From contig JAIENU010000037.1 in NCBI GenBank assembly GCA_019751125.1, forward strand, positions 17,586-81,585: DNA of 64,000 bases, written 5' to 3'. The stretch comes from Burkholderiales bacterium. Lineage in GTDB: Bacteria > Pseudomonadota > Gammaproteobacteria > Burkholderiales > SG8-41. Below the pieces are notes generated by a model. It did no database searches. It worked only from the letters and a program-made list of their open reading frames with translations, and was not told where the DNA came from. The translations under genes were made by a program, and so were the position numbers. This document shows positions 49,652 to 61,434 of this stretch, one piece after another (position 1 is the stretch's first letter; each line of letters begins with the position of its first letter).

Positions 49652-50083
49652 TCAGGGCGTGACCGGGATCTGCCCGAGCACCTGCCGCGCGTTGCCGAGT
49701 TCCACGGCCGCGGCCTTCAGCTGTTGCTGGTCCACCAGCTTCGTTGCCGCATACAGATGTTCTTCGGTCTTGATCAGTCCGGCGGCAAAGGCGGGATCCT
49801 TGGGCCGGCTGTCGATGTTGCGCTGGCGGAAGATGCGCCACAGGCGGAAGGTGTTTTCCATGCCGACGCGGGCTTCCTCGGCGTCGCCGTTGCTGGCCGC
49901 GGCATGGGTGCGTGAGATTTCGGCGTTGATGATGCGTACGTCAGCGGCGTAGTTGGCGGTGATTTCCTGCGCCGTTGCGCGCAGAGGATGCAATGCTGCG
50001 ACACCCAGCAGCAGTGCCATCAGCGCGATGAGCATCCGGCGCTGCGTGACAAAAGTCATGGCTTTGATTGTTGTTCTGCTCAT
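49652..50083 (-). CDS. Hypothetical periplasmic helical protein
   Basis: 143 aa. Signal peptide LIALMALLLGVAALHPLRATAQ. The mature part is predicted all-helical. No family recognised. Confidence 0.5.
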   Translation of the reverse strand: MSRTTIKAMTFVTQRRMLIALMALLLGVAALHPLRATAQEITANYAADVRIINAEISRTHAAASNGDAEEARVGMENTFRLWRIFRQRNIDSRPKDPAFAAGLIKTEEHLYAATKLVDQQQLKAAAVELGNARQVLGQIPVTP

Positions 50084-50147
50084 GCGGGCACTCCGTTATG
50101 GGCTGATAATCATTCTGACAAAGTCTGCGTGTTCCGGTTCCCGGCGT

Positions 50148-50990
50148 TCATGCCAGCTTGATCGCCACCGCGCCGGCCAGCACCAGCAGGATCGCCAGCC
50201 CGCGCATCGCACTGACTTTTTCGCCCAGCCACAGTGCGGCAATCAGCACGCCGAACACCACCGAGGTTTCGCGCAGTGCGGCCACCAGTGCAATCGGTGC
50301 CTGCGTCATGGCCCACAAGGTCAGGCCGTAGGCGCCCAGTGTACAGAATCCGCCGAACAGGCCGCGCCGCCAGTGCCGGCGCAGGTGAGTGGTGGTGGCG
50401 GGGCCTTCACGCCACAGAAACCAGCCCAGCAGAGGCAGTGCGGTGAGTACAAACAGCCAGCCGTTGTAGGCTGCGGCATGGCCGGAGAGCCGCGCTCCGG
50501 TGCCGTCGATCACGGTGTAGATCACAATGGTGGCGGCAGTAAGCAGCGGAAACAGCAGCGCGCGGCCGTGCAGCACGCCATTGCGCCAGTTATCACCGGC
50601 CATCAGCACCACGCCACTGCAGATCAGCGCCACACCCAGCCAGCCGGCGGGTGCCGGTGATTCACCCAGAAGGGCCACCGCCACCAGCGCCGAGCCGGCG
50701 GGTGCCAGACCGCGCATCACCGGATAGGCGAAGCTCAGTTCGGCATGACGGTAGGCATGGGCGACGAGCAGGAAGTAGGCGACATGGATGGCGCCCGAGG
50801 CGCCAAGCCAGGGCCAGCTGGCCCTAGCCGGTGACGGAACAAAGGGCAGGGCGAGTGCTGCCAGCAATGCCGCGGCAGCGACCACCAGCACCACGTCGCG
50901 GGTGCGATCCTGGCTGTTGCGGATCAGCGCATTCCACGCCGCGTGCAGCAGCGCCCCGGCAAGCACCACGGCCATGACTTCGATCGGCAT
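50148..50990 (-). CDS. EamA/DMT-superfamily transporter
   Basis: 280 aa, about 10 TM. The two halves are similar, as is typical of EamA-domain duplication. Confidence 0.75.
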   Translation of the reverse strand: MPIEVMAVVLAGALLHAAWNALIRNSQDRTRDVVLVVAAAALLAALALPFVPSPARASWPWLGASGAIHVAYFLLVAHAYRHAELSFAYPVMRGLAPAGSALVAVALLGESPAPAGWLGVALICSGVVLMAGDNWRNGVLHGRALLFPLLTAATIVIYTVIDGTGARLSGHAAAYNGWLFVLTALPLLGWFLWREGPATTTHLRRHWRRGLFGGFCTLGAYGLTLWAMTQAPIALVAALRETSVVFGVLIAALWLGEKVSAMRGLAILLVLAGAVAIKLA

Positions 50991-51014
50991 CGCTTGGGTT
51001 CGCTGTCCTGAACT

Positions 51015-51980
51015 TCAGGGATGGACGTGTGGCGCGCCCGGCCCGTCACAATGGCTGGCACAGGCTTCGTGTTCGATCTGCAGCGTGACGTGGTCAATGG
51101 CGTAATGTTTCAGCAGTTGTTCCCGCGCCTCGCGCAACACGCTGCCGATCACCGTGTCCTCACGGCACACCAGATGCGCGGTCAGCGCCGGTTCGGCGGT
51201 GCTCATCGCCCAGACATGTAAGTCATGCACGGCGATCACGCCGGGCAGCGCGTTGAGTGTTGCGCGTACCGCCTGCAGGTCGATGTGTTCGGGGACACCG
51301 TCGAACAGCAGGTGCAGCGACTGGCGGAACAGCGACCAGGTGCCGACGATTACGATCAGCGCGATCAGGATGCTGGCCAGCGGGTCGATCCACGCCCAGC
51401 CCTGCCACAGGTACAGCGCGCCGGCGATGATCACGCCCAGCGACACCAGCGCGTCGGCGGCCATGTGCAGGAAGGCGCCGCGCATGTTGAGGTCGCGGTC
51501 ACTGCCGCGCATGAACAGCATTGCGGTTGCGGCATTGATGAACACACCGACGGCAGCCACCACCATCACTGTTCCTGCGGCCACCGGTGACGGGTCCTGC
51601 AGGCGGCCCACGGCTTCCCAGCCCAGTGAGCCCATCGCCACCAGCAGCACTACGGCGTTGATGAAACTGGCGAGTATCGAGCCGCGCTGCCAGCCATAGG
51701 TCTTGTGTTCGTTGGCGGGCAGCCGTGCCGCGGCCCATGCCGCCCAGGCCAGTACCAGGCCGCCGACGTCGCCGAGGTTGTGTGCGGCGTCGGCGAGCAG
51801 TGCGAGTGATCCGGTTTTCCAGCCGAACCAGGCTTCGATGATGACAAAGCCGAGGTTGAGAACGATGCCGATCGCGAACAGGCGGCCGTAGCCGCCGCCA
51901 CTGTCGTGCAGTGCCTTGCCATGATCGTGGCCATGAGCATGGCCGTGACCGTGGCTGTGTCCGTGATGGCCGTGGGCCAT
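51015..51980 (-). CDS. czcD: Cation diffusion facilitator (CzcD/ZitB-like) metal exporter
   Basis: His-rich N-terminus MAHGHHGHSHGHGHAHGHDHG. CDF motifs: LLADAAHNLGDV, HMAADALVSLGV. The C-terminal cytoplasmic domain contains HDLHVW. Confidence 0.85.
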   Translation of the reverse strand: MAHGHHGHSHGHGHAHGHDHGKALHDSGGGYGRLFAIGIVLNLGFVIIEAWFGWKTGSLALLADAAHNLGDVGGLVLAWAAWAAARLPANEHKTYGWQRGSILASFINAVVLLVAMGSLGWEAVGRLQDPSPVAAGTVMVVAAVGVFINAATAMLFMRGSDRDLNMRGAFLHMAADALVSLGVIIAGALYLWQGWAWIDPLASILIALIVIVGTWSLFRQSLHLLFDGVPEHIDLQAVRATLNALPGVIAVHDLHVWAMSTAEPALTAHLVCREDTVIGSVLREAREQLLKHYAIDHVTLQIEHEACASHCDGPGAPHVHP

Positions 51981-51996
51981 ATGTTCCTGTGGTTCC

Positions 51997-52902
51997 TTAC
52001 TTCTTCCTGCCGGCGTCGCGCGCCGCGATCAGCGCGTCGATGACCGGGTGGATGCTGTCGGGTTCCTTGGTGAATTGTTGCGGCATGCCCATGGCGACCA
52101 TCTCCTTCAGCATCGCGATCGTGGCCTTGGTCGAGCGGTCGGTGGAGCCCATGTCGTGCAGCAGTTCCAGGCATTCCTTCATTTCATGCACACGCCGCTC
52201 GCAGTGCACCGCGGTGCCACCGACATAACGCTTGATGATTTTCTGGAAGGGAATGTCGTTGAAGGTCACCGAGGAATCCTCGATCACGGCATCGAGGATG
52301 TTGCGGCGCTGAGCGGCTTCCATGGTGTCGAGCAGCAGCATGGCGAGGCCCTTCATCAGCACGCTGCGGATCAGTTTCATCGCGCTGGCATCGCCGGGGC
52401 CTTTGCCGACGACGTTGATCACCATGCCCAGCGGGGTCATGCGGTCGCGGAATTCAATGGCGTGCGGGCCGCTGGCAACAAACGGCACCTTGATGCCCTG
52501 GATGTCCACCGGCCCCATCACCGAGGCGTCGACAAAACGTACCGCATCGCCGGCGAGTGCCGCGGCCTGCTCCATCGCCTTCGCCGAGTTGCTGCTGGCG
52601 TCGATGTAGAGATGATCCTTGCGCAGGTGCTTGAGGATCTTGCGCAGCGCGGGCACCGCGGCCTTGCCCGGTGTCAGCGCGATGATGATGTCGGTTTTTT
52701 TGGCCAGCGCGGCGGAGGTCTTGACCAGGGTGACGCCGATGGATTTGGCTTTTTCGTACAGCGCGTCACCGGGTTGTGCCTTGGCGCCGCTGCGGCTGTA
52801 GGCGACGATGCCGGTGATGCCGGCCTTGTGGAAATCACCGGCGAGGCGGGCGGCGGCTTCACCAAAACCGAGGAAGCCTAGGCGGATGCTGGGGGAGTTC
52901 AT
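51997..52902 (-). CDS. NAD(P)-binding dehydrogenase (6-phosphogluconate-dehydrogenase-like N-domain, DUF1932-type C-domain)
   Basis: Rossmann motif LGFLGFGEAAARLA follows the Met at 52902. Confidence 0.6.
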   Translation of the reverse strand: MNSPSIRLGFLGFGEAAARLAGDFHKAGITGIVAYSRSGAKAQPGDALYEKAKSIGVTLVKTSAALAKKTDIIIALTPGKAAVPALRKILKHLRKDHLYIDASSNSAKAMEQAAALAGDAVRFVDASVMGPVDIQGIKVPFVASGPHAIEFRDRMTPLGMVINVVGKGPGDASAMKLIRSVLMKGLAMLLLDTMEAAQRRNILDAVIEDSSVTFNDIPFQKIIKRYVGGTAVHCERRVHEMKECLELLHDMGSTDRSTKATIAMLKEMVAMGMPQQFTKEPDSIHPVIDALIAARDAGRKK

Positions 52903-52968
52903 TGCGTGGAAATTCCTGTGATGAGATGTCGATGCGTGCTGCAAGTATAGCCGCGCCGGCGTTCCGCT

Positions 52969-54867
<1,899 letters not shown>

Positions 54868-55026
54868 CGGGGCGGGGTCACAACAAGAGCTTCCGGCGGT
54901 GCTGCCGGACGGAAGCGGGGCCGCGATTGTACCTCTGGCATGGAGCCGGGCGCATCGCGGTGCGCAGGGGCGCGGCCTGGGTTATCCTTCGCCGCTGACC
55001 GCAAAATAATGACGGAGGAGAGCAGT

Positions 55027-56031
55027 ATGAAATCCAGCAAGATGAACCGCAGTACCCATCGCATGTCCGGTGTTGCACTGCTGTTGCCTGCCCTGGCCAT
55101 GCTCGGCCTGAGCATCCCGGCGGCCGCGCAGAGTGTCGACAAATTCCCGAACCGGCCGGTGCGTATCATCACCCCGGCTGCACCCGGTGGCACCACCGAC
55201 TTCCTGGCGCGCCTGCTCGCCAACCATCTGACCAAGGCCTGGAACCAGCAGGTGGTGGTGGATAACCGCGGCAGTGCCTCGGGTGTGAACGGCGCCGAGA
55301 TCACCAAGGATTCGCTGCCCGACGGCTACACCTTGTTCATCCCCTATCACCAGCACACGGTGAATGCGGCGATCATCCCCAAGCTGCCCTACCACCCGGT
55401 CAATGATTTCACGCCGATAACCCAGATGACCGCTGGCGGCCTGCTGCTGGTGGTGAACCCCTCGCATCCGGCGAAGACCGCGAAGGACTTTGTGCAGTGG
55501 AGCAAGACCACCAAGGATCCGATCAACTTCGGTTCCGCCGGTATCGGCAGCGGCGGCCACCTTGCCGGTGAGCTGTTCAAGCTGATGACCAACAGTCCGG
55601 GCCAGCATATCCCTTACAAGGGTACCGGCCCGGCGGCCGTGGCGCTGATCCAGGGCGAATACCACTACAACTTCATGGGCCTGACCGGTGCGTTTGCGCA
55701 GGTGCGTGCCGGCAAGCTGCGCGCGATCGCAGTGACCGATGCCAAGCGCATCAAGGCCGCGCCCGATGTGCCGGCGATGTCAGAAGTGCTGCCCGGCTTT
55801 GAAGTGGTGGGCTGGTACGGCGTGGCGGGTCCGGCGAAAATGCCGAAGCCGCTGCTGACGAAAATCCATGCCGATATCGCGGCCTATGTGAAGTCGCCGG
55901 AATTCGGCAAGGTGGCGGAGAACAATGGTTCCGAGGCGGTGACCAACTCGCCCGAGGAATTCCGCAAGTTCATGCTCGACGACATGAAGAAGTGGTCGGA
56001 CGTGGTCAAGCGCAGCGGCGCGAAGTTCTGA
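55027..56031 (+). CDS. Bug/TctC-family substrate-binding protein
   Basis: It starts MKSSKMNRSTHRMSGVALLLPALAMLGLSIPAAAQ. The family motif is KFPNRPVRIITPAAPGGTTDFLAR. The track ORF carries a long upstream extension that is antisense to the ABC-F gene. Confidence 0.85.
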   Translation: MKSSKMNRSTHRMSGVALLLPALAMLGLSIPAAAQSVDKFPNRPVRIITPAAPGGTTDFLARLLANHLTKAWNQQVVVDNRGSASGVNGAEITKDSLPDGYTLFIPYHQHTVNAAIIPKLPYHPVNDFTPITQMTAGGLLLVVNPSHPAKTAKDFVQWSKTTKDPINFGSAGIGSGGHLAGELFKLMTNSPGQHIPYKGTGPAAVALIQGEYHYNFMGLTGAFAQVRAGKLRAIAVTDAKRIKAAPDVPAMSEVLPGFEVVGWYGVAGPAKMPKPLLTKIHADIAAYVKSPEFGKVAENNGSEAVTNSPEEFRKFMLDDMKKWSDVVKRSGAKF

Positions 56032-56050
56032 ACGCGGCGTCAGGTCAGAC

Positions 56051-56084
56051 AAAAAGGGGCGGAAGATTCCGCCCCTTTTTTATT
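56051..56084. terminator. Bidirectional Rho-independent terminator
   Basis: AAAAA-GGGGCGG-AAGATT-CCGCCCC-TTTTTT lies between convergent genes. Confidence 0.8.
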
Positions 56085-56100
56085 GCTGTGTCGACCGGAC

Positions 56101-57180
56101 TCAGCTGAACTTGACGACCTTGGGATCGAACTCGAGGCCCAGGCCCGGTTTCTGCGGCACTGTCAGCTTGCCGTCCTTCGGCAGCACCACTTCCTTGAAC
56201 AGCCGAGATGACCAGGGCATGTATTCGACGGTGAGGCCGTTGGGCACCGCGGACACCAGGTGCACGTGGATTTCCGGCGCGAGGTGGCTGACCACCGGCA
56301 GGTTGAAGGCCTCGGCCATGCCGGCGATCTTCAGCCACTGCGTGATGCCGCCGGCGCGCAGCACGTCGATCATCACGATGTCCACCGAACGTGCCTCCAG
56401 CATCTGGCGGAACGGCGAGATGCCGTAGAGGTATTCGCCGCAGGCCACCGGCGTGTCGAGAGCCTGCGTGATTGCGGCGAGTCCGGCGTAGTCATCGCAG
56501 GTGGTGACGTCTTCGAGCCAGAACAGCCGGTAGGGATCGACCTGTTTGCCGATGGAGATGGCCTGGCGCACGTCCCAGCGCTGGTTGATGTCGCACATCA
56601 GGTCGGTTTCGTAGCCGATGGCCTCGCGGATCAGGCGGATGCGCTCGATCTCCTTCACCTGGTTGGTGTCGCCGGGGAGTGCCAGCTGGGTTTTCATCTG
56701 GCGGAAACCGCGCGACTTGAGCAGTGCCGCGGCCTTCACCACATGGTCCAGCGGGAAATGGCGCATCAGCGCGCCGCTGGCATAGGTGTTGACCGTGTTG
56801 CGGTGGCCGCCGGCCAGCGTCGCCACCGGCTGGTTGTAAACCTTGCCCTTGATGTCCCACAGCGCGATGTCGATCGCGGACAGTGCCAGCGTCAGGATGC
56901 CGCCGGGGCCGCCGGGTGATGAGGCGCGCAGCTTGTCGGCGATATGTTCGTTGCGCAGCGGGTCCTCGCCCTTGCACAGTTCGGCGAGGTCGGTCACCGC
57001 GGTGAGCAGAGCGCGGTCGAGCGAGCCCCCGAAAAAGGTGAAGCCGATGCCTTCAACGCCGGCGTCGGTGCCGAACTTCAGCACGATGAAGTTTTTCGAT
57101 CCCGGCGTGGTCGGGCCGTCGGCCAGCGGTTCGTCGTGCGGCAGCGAGGCGAGGGCGGTACTGGCGTGGGTGATTTTCAT
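56101..57180 (-). CDS. Enolase-superfamily enzyme (mandelate racemase/muconate lactonizing enzyme family)
   Basis: 359 aa. Metal-ligand regions are present: LMCDINQRW, LFWLEDV, ACGEY. The capping domain has the N-terminal motif FIVLKFGTDAGVEGIG. Confidence 0.78.
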   Translation of the reverse strand: MKITHASTALASLPHDEPLADGPTTPGSKNFIVLKFGTDAGVEGIGFTFFGGSLDRALLTAVTDLAELCKGEDPLRNEHIADKLRASSPGGPGGILTLALSAIDIALWDIKGKVYNQPVATLAGGHRNTVNTYASGALMRHFPLDHVVKAAALLKSRGFRQMKTQLALPGDTNQVKEIERIRLIREAIGYETDLMCDINQRWDVRQAISIGKQVDPYRLFWLEDVTTCDDYAGLAAITQALDTPVACGEYLYGISPFRQMLEARSVDIVMIDVLRAGGITQWLKIAGMAEAFNLPVVSHLAPEIHVHLVSAVPNGLTVEYMPWSSRLFKEVVLPKDGKLTVPQKPGLGLEFDPKVVKFS

Positions 57181-57277
57181 GGCGTCATTCCTGTGGTCGG
57201 ATCGACGCGATTTTAACGGCTGTGATCCGGCGCAGTGCGGTCAACCCACGATACGGACGCTCGGTTATGCGCTGCGG

Positions 57278-57835
57278 TTACGGCTTTAATGCATAGACCT
57301 CGTCGAAGCGCCGTTCCAGTTCGGCATGGGTGCCGCGCAGGCGGTCGACTACTTCCTTGGCCCATTCAAAGTATTGACGTTTACGTTCAATTGACCAGTT
57401 GGCGGGCGCGCGGGTGCCGAGGTCGCGCACATTGCAGATCTTGTCGGCGAGCTTGACCAGGCGCGCGCGTTCGCTGGAATGCCGGGCCTTGGCCACCTGC
57501 AGGCGCTTGCGCAATTCCTTCTTGATCCACTGGGTGTCGGTGACCTCGAGCACGATGTCGGCGATTTCCTCGCCGAATTCGCCGCGTAATTCCTGCCAGC
57601 TGGTTTCGGTGTCTTCCAGCGTGTCGTGCAGCAGCGCGGCGGCGAGCACCAGCGGATCGCGCACGCCGCCTTCGTCCCACAGCACATGGGCGAGCTCGAT
57701 CGGGTGGTTGATGTACGGCGAGGCTTCCTTGTCCTTGCGCCGCTGGTCACGGTGCTTGTGCGCGGCAAAGGCCACGGCACGCAGGATCAGGTCGGTGGTG
57801 CCTGGTTCGGTGCTGGGAAGCTGGTCGAGGTCCAT
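57278..57835 (-). CDS. Stand-alone HD-domain (p)ppGpp hydrolase-like protein (Mesh1/small alarmone hydrolase type)
   Basis: It starts MDLDQLPS. Motifs: AFAAHKHRDQRRKDKEASPYINHPIELA and AALLHDTLEDT. The 387-aa track ORF extends upstream through Arg-rich sequence antisense to the neighbouring transporter, which I consider non-coding. Confidence 0.75.
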   Translation of the reverse strand: MDLDQLPSTEPGTTDLILRAVAFAAHKHRDQRRKDKEASPYINHPIELAHVLWDEGGVRDPLVLAAALLHDTLEDTETSWQELRGEFGEEIADIVLEVTDTQWIKKELRKRLQVAKARHSSERARLVKLADKICNVRDLGTRAPANWSIERKRQYFEWAKEVVDRLRGTHAELERRFDEVYALKP

Positions 57836-57852
57836 GATGCTTGTTCGTCCGC

Positions 57853-59475
57853 TCAGGCGCTGCGCAGCCCGCGCCAGCGGGTGATCAGGATCGCGGCAAA
57901 AGGCAGTGCCACCGCTATGACCAGTTGCACGATCAGCAGTTCCGGCAGCTGGCTGTAGTCGGCCGGGGTGGTGACTGCGCCGGACTTGTCTTTCACCTCG
58001 CGCGACACCACATAGATCTGGTTGAAGTACTTGGTGCCCAGTGCCGAGGCCGACAGCGCGAGGTTGGTGAACGAAGCCATCACCGCGAAGTAGGTGGCCT
58101 TCAGGTGCGCCGGCGCGGAATTGGCGATCCACGCCAGCATCGGGATCATCGCGATCTGGCCCAGCGGCGATTCGAGCGCGGTGTTGACCAGCGCGATGAA
58201 GCGCGCATCGACCACGCCACCAGTGGCGGCCGCTGTCCAGTGGTGCAGGCCGAAGATCATGCCGAGGTAGGGCAGCGACAGCACGGCGCCGACCACGGTG
58301 AGAAAGCCGACGACATAGGCGATGGAATGCTCGGCGATGAAGCGGCGGAAGATGAACATGCCGAACAAGGTCAGCACCGAGCCGATCAGCGACAGCAGCG
58401 CGATGAACTGCTGGTCGAATTTGAGCTCGTCGATGAACCACCAGGTGATGCCTTCGCCCGGCCCCGGTATCGCGCGAAACACGAAGATCACGATCACCGT
58501 GCCGAGCAGTGTGGCGCGGGCTTCGGGTTCAAGCTCGCGGGTCAGCCGCAGCAGCAGGAAGCTGATGATGGCGAAGGAACCGATGAAAATGATTTCCTGG
58601 TTCCATTTGAGGCCGCTGAAGCCCATGCCCAGAGTGAAGGCGACGAACACCGCGCTGCCGCCGAGGATCCACCAGTTCGGGGCGGTTTTTTCTGTGCGTG
58701 GATCGAGCAGGGCGCGCGCCTCGTCAGGGCTGCGGCCCTGGGCGACCAGCTGGCGGAAGTTGCGCCGGCGCAGCACCATCGCCACCACCACGCCGAGCAC
58801 CGAAATCGCCGGAATGCACAGCGCGGCGGTGTAGACCTGGCGGTAGATCGCGACCTTGTCGGCTTCGGACAGCGCGTGTACGCCGCTGAACACATACAGA
58901 TTGATCACCGATACCAGCACGCCGCCGCCAATGATCGCGACCCGGCCGAGAACCTGCATCGTGGTGTTCATCAGCTTGCGTTGTGCGTGGTCGATGGGCC
59001 GGCCTTCGGCATCGACATGCGGCACGGCTTCGACGGTCATCGCGTCGGCCACCACGTCCTGCACCACGTAACCGACGGCGGCGAGCAGCACGCTGGCGAC
59101 AAACCAGTGGCCGGGTTTCATTACTGCAGCCATTGCATCGCGGTCGCCGAGCAGGCCGACCATGATCAGCAGGCTCGCAGCGATCATTGCCGCGCCGATG
59201 AACACCATGATGCTTTTCCAGCGCCAGATCAGGTCGACGAGGTGGCCCAGCGGCATTTTTAATGCCCAGGGCACACCGGCCCAGAAGCCGAGCGCGGCGA
59301 GGAAGGCGGCGGAGAGGTCGAGGTAATCCTTGACGAAGAAGGTGCCGACGATGCCGGTGAGCCCGGAAATGCCGGCGGCCATATAGACCATCAGCGGCGG
59401 CAGGTAGGAGAGGCGCATTTCGCGGCCCAGCGAAATGAGGTTGCGATCCAGCCACTGCCACAATGCGTTGATCAT
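57853..59475 (-). CDS. Folate/biopterin-transporter (BT1) family MFS-type permease
   Basis: 540 aa with 12 or more TM segments. An N-terminal region (LSYLPPLMVYMAAGISGLTGI...KMPLGHLVD) recalls the BT1 family. Confidence 0.65.
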   Translation of the reverse strand: MINALWQWLDRNLISLGREMRLSYLPPLMVYMAAGISGLTGIVGTFFVKDYLDLSAAFLAALGFWAGVPWALKMPLGHLVDLIWRWKSIMVFIGAAMIAASLLIMVGLLGDRDAMAAVMKPGHWFVASVLLAAVGYVVQDVVADAMTVEAVPHVDAEGRPIDHAQRKLMNTTMQVLGRVAIIGGGVLVSVINLYVFSGVHALSEADKVAIYRQVYTAALCIPAISVLGVVVAMVLRRRNFRQLVAQGRSPDEARALLDPRTEKTAPNWWILGGSAVFVAFTLGMGFSGLKWNQEIIFIGSFAIISFLLLRLTRELEPEARATLLGTVIVIFVFRAIPGPGEGITWWFIDELKFDQQFIALLSLIGSVLTLFGMFIFRRFIAEHSIAYVVGFLTVVGAVLSLPYLGMIFGLHHWTAAATGGVVDARFIALVNTALESPLGQIAMIPMLAWIANSAPAHLKATYFAVMASFTNLALSASALGTKYFNQIYVVSREVKDKSGAVTTPADYSQLPELLIVQLVIAVALPFAAILITRWRGLRSA

Positions 59476-59482
59476 AGGGCGT

Positions 59483-59525
59483 TAATATTAACTAATTGTT
59501 TTTAAATGATTATTTTTATTCATTC
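59483..59525 (+). repeat. AT-rich dispersed repeat, copy h
   Basis: TAATATTAACTAATTGTTTTTAAATGATTATTTTTATTCATTC fills the 44-nt gap between two minus-strand genes. Confidence 0.7.
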
Positions 59526-60074
59526 ATGCCAGACATGCACCCGGCTGCGCGCCAGTTCGATGCCGGCGTCCCAGAAGTCCGGAGGCAGGCCGGCGCGGTA
59601 CTTGAGGTGGGCGATGAATTCGTCGGGCTGCGCATACTGCGACCACTGCTCTGGCAGGAACATGCTGCGGTGGCGGCCGTAACGGAAAAACACCGCGTCT
59701 TCACCAGGGCACAGCTGCGCGAGCATCGCAGCTTCGCTGCCCTCGGCGATTCGTGTCCATTGCGCAAACAGCGCGACTTCCAGCGCCACCGAAGACAGTT
59801 CGGCCAGCGACAGCGGGGCATGGCGCGGATCGCGCAGCGCCGCGGCCACTGCGTTGGCGGCGACGTCTTCGCCGAGCGGGCGTGATGGCGCGTGCGACAG
59901 CGCGGTGCCGCGGTTGTTGCCGGCGAGGGTCAGGCTGACACGGCAGGCGCCGGGCAGGCGCAGCCAGGGCAGTTCATCGGGGATGGCGCCGTCCCCGCCG
60001 CGCAACGCGAGATCGATCGACTGCCGAGCCAGCGGCAGCAGGGTCAGTCCTGCGTTCTGTGGTGCGGTGTCCAT
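59520..60074 (-). CDS. AMMECR1-like domain protein (canonical LRGCIG motif not conserved)
   Basis: Likely start MDTAPQNAG. AMMECR1-like segments are present: ALRDPRHAPLSLAELSSVALEVALF, FLPEQW, FIAHLKYRAGLP. The usual Cys motif is replaced by NNRGTALS. Confidence 0.5.
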   Translation of the reverse strand: MDTAPQNAGLTLLPLARQSIDLALRGGDGAIPDELPWLRLPGACRVSLTLAGNNRGTALSHAPSRPLGEDVAANAVAAALRDPRHAPLSLAELSSVALEVALFAQWTRIAEGSEAAMLAQLCPGEDAVFFRYGRHRSMFLPEQWSQYAQPDEFIAHLKYRAGLPPDFWDAGIELARSRVHVWHE

Positions 60075-60163
60075 CGAGGTGTCCAGGGGCGATGCAATGA
60101 ACTGCGCTGATACAATCGCGCGCAGTTCATTGATTCTACGCCAGCCTGCCACGTCATCGCGCC

Positions 60164-60874
60164 ATGCCGCATCCCCAGCCCCGTTGCATTGCACTGATTC
60201 CCGCCGCCGGCAGCGGCTCGCGCATGGGCTCCGGGTTGCCCAAGCAGTACGCCATGCTCGCCGGCCGGCCGCTGATCACTCACGCGGTGGCCACGTTGTG
60301 CGCGCATCCGCGCATCGCCGAGGTGCTGGTGGTGCTGGCGCCCGGCGACCGCCATTTCGCGGCCTGCGACTGGAGTGCCTGCGGCGACAAGCTGGTGCCG
60401 TTGTACTGCGGCGGCGAAACCCGCGCCGCCAGCGTGTTCAACGGTCTGCTCGCCGCCAACGACGCCATCGACAGCAACGACTGGGTGCTGGTGCATGATG
60501 CGGCGCGGCCGGGGCTGGCCGCGGCCGACATCGACCGCCTGATCGACGCGGTGCAGGACGGCGACAGCGGCGGGCTGCTGGCGTTGCCGGCAGCGGACAC
60601 GCTGAAGCGCGCCAATGCCGCCGGCGAGGTGCTGCAGACCGAGGCGCGTGAAGGTCTGTGGCATGCGCAGACGCCGCAGATGTTCCGCTACCGCGTGCTG
60701 CTCGAGGCGCTGCGCCGTGCCGACATCCACGCGGTCACCGACGAGGCCAGCGCGGTGGAGCAGACCGGCGTACGGCCGCTGCTGGTGCGCGGCAGCACCG
60801 CCAATTTCAAGGTGACTTATCCCGAAGACCTGGTGCTCGCCGCGCGCCTGCTCGGCGGTGATAACAATGGATAA
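60164..60874 (+). CDS. ispD: 2-C-methyl-D-erythritol 4-phosphate cytidylyltransferase
   Basis: Motifs: IALIPAAGSGSRMG...PKQY, VLVHDAARP, HAQTPQMF. Adjacent to ispF. Confidence 0.9.
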   Translation: MPHPQPRCIALIPAAGSGSRMGSGLPKQYAMLAGRPLITHAVATLCAHPRIAEVLVVLAPGDRHFAACDWSACGDKLVPLYCGGETRAASVFNGLLAANDAIDSNDWVLVHDAARPGLAAADIDRLIDAVQDGDSGGLLALPAADTLKRANAAGEVLQTEAREGLWHAQTPQMFRYRVLLEALRRADIHAVTDEASAVEQTGVRPLLVRGSTANFKVTYPEDLVLAARLLGGDNNG

Positions 60875-60898
60875 CAGCGGATTGATAAGGGCGGATTG

Positions 60899-61402
60899 AT
60901 GCGTATCGGGCAGGGTTTTGATGTGCATGCACTGGTGGAGGGGCGGCCGCTGATCATCGGCGGCGTGACGATTCCCTTCGAGCGCGGGCTTGCCGGCCAT
61001 TCCGATGCCGATGTGCTGCTGCATGCGCTGTGTGATGCGCTGATCGGCGCCGCTGCGCTGGGCGACATCGGCCGCCATTTTCCCGATACCGATCCGCGCT
61101 ACAAGGGCATCGACAGCCGCAAGCTGCTGCGCGCGGTGGTCGAACTGCTGCACCGGCAGGGTTATGGCGTGGTCAATGTCGATGCCACGATCATCGCTCA
61201 GGCGCCAAAAATGGCGCCGCACATTCCGGCGATGTGCGCCAACATCGCCGCCGACCTCGGGGTTGCGCCTGGCGCGGTCAACGTCAAGGCAAAAACCGCG
61301 GAAAAACTCGGCTTTCTCGGCCGTGGCGAAGGCATTGTTGCCGAGGTGGTGGCGTTGATTGAATCCCGGGTCGAAACTCCACAGGGGCGCAGCGACGATT
61401 AA
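60899..61402 (+). CDS. ispF: 2-C-methyl-D-erythritol 2,4-cyclodiphosphate synthase
   Basis: Motifs: [46 protein letters not shown]. Confidence 0.92.
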   Translation: MRIGQGFDVHALVEGRPLIIGGVTIPFERGLAGHSDADVLLHALCDALIGAAALGDIGRHFPDTDPRYKGIDSRKLLRAVVELLHRQGYGVVNVDATIIAQAPKMAPHIPAMCANIAADLGVAPGAVNVKAKTAEKLGFLGRGEGIVAEVVALIESRVETPQGRSDD

Positions 61403-61434
61403 CCTATAATCGCCCTTTGGGTGCCGGAGGCGTT

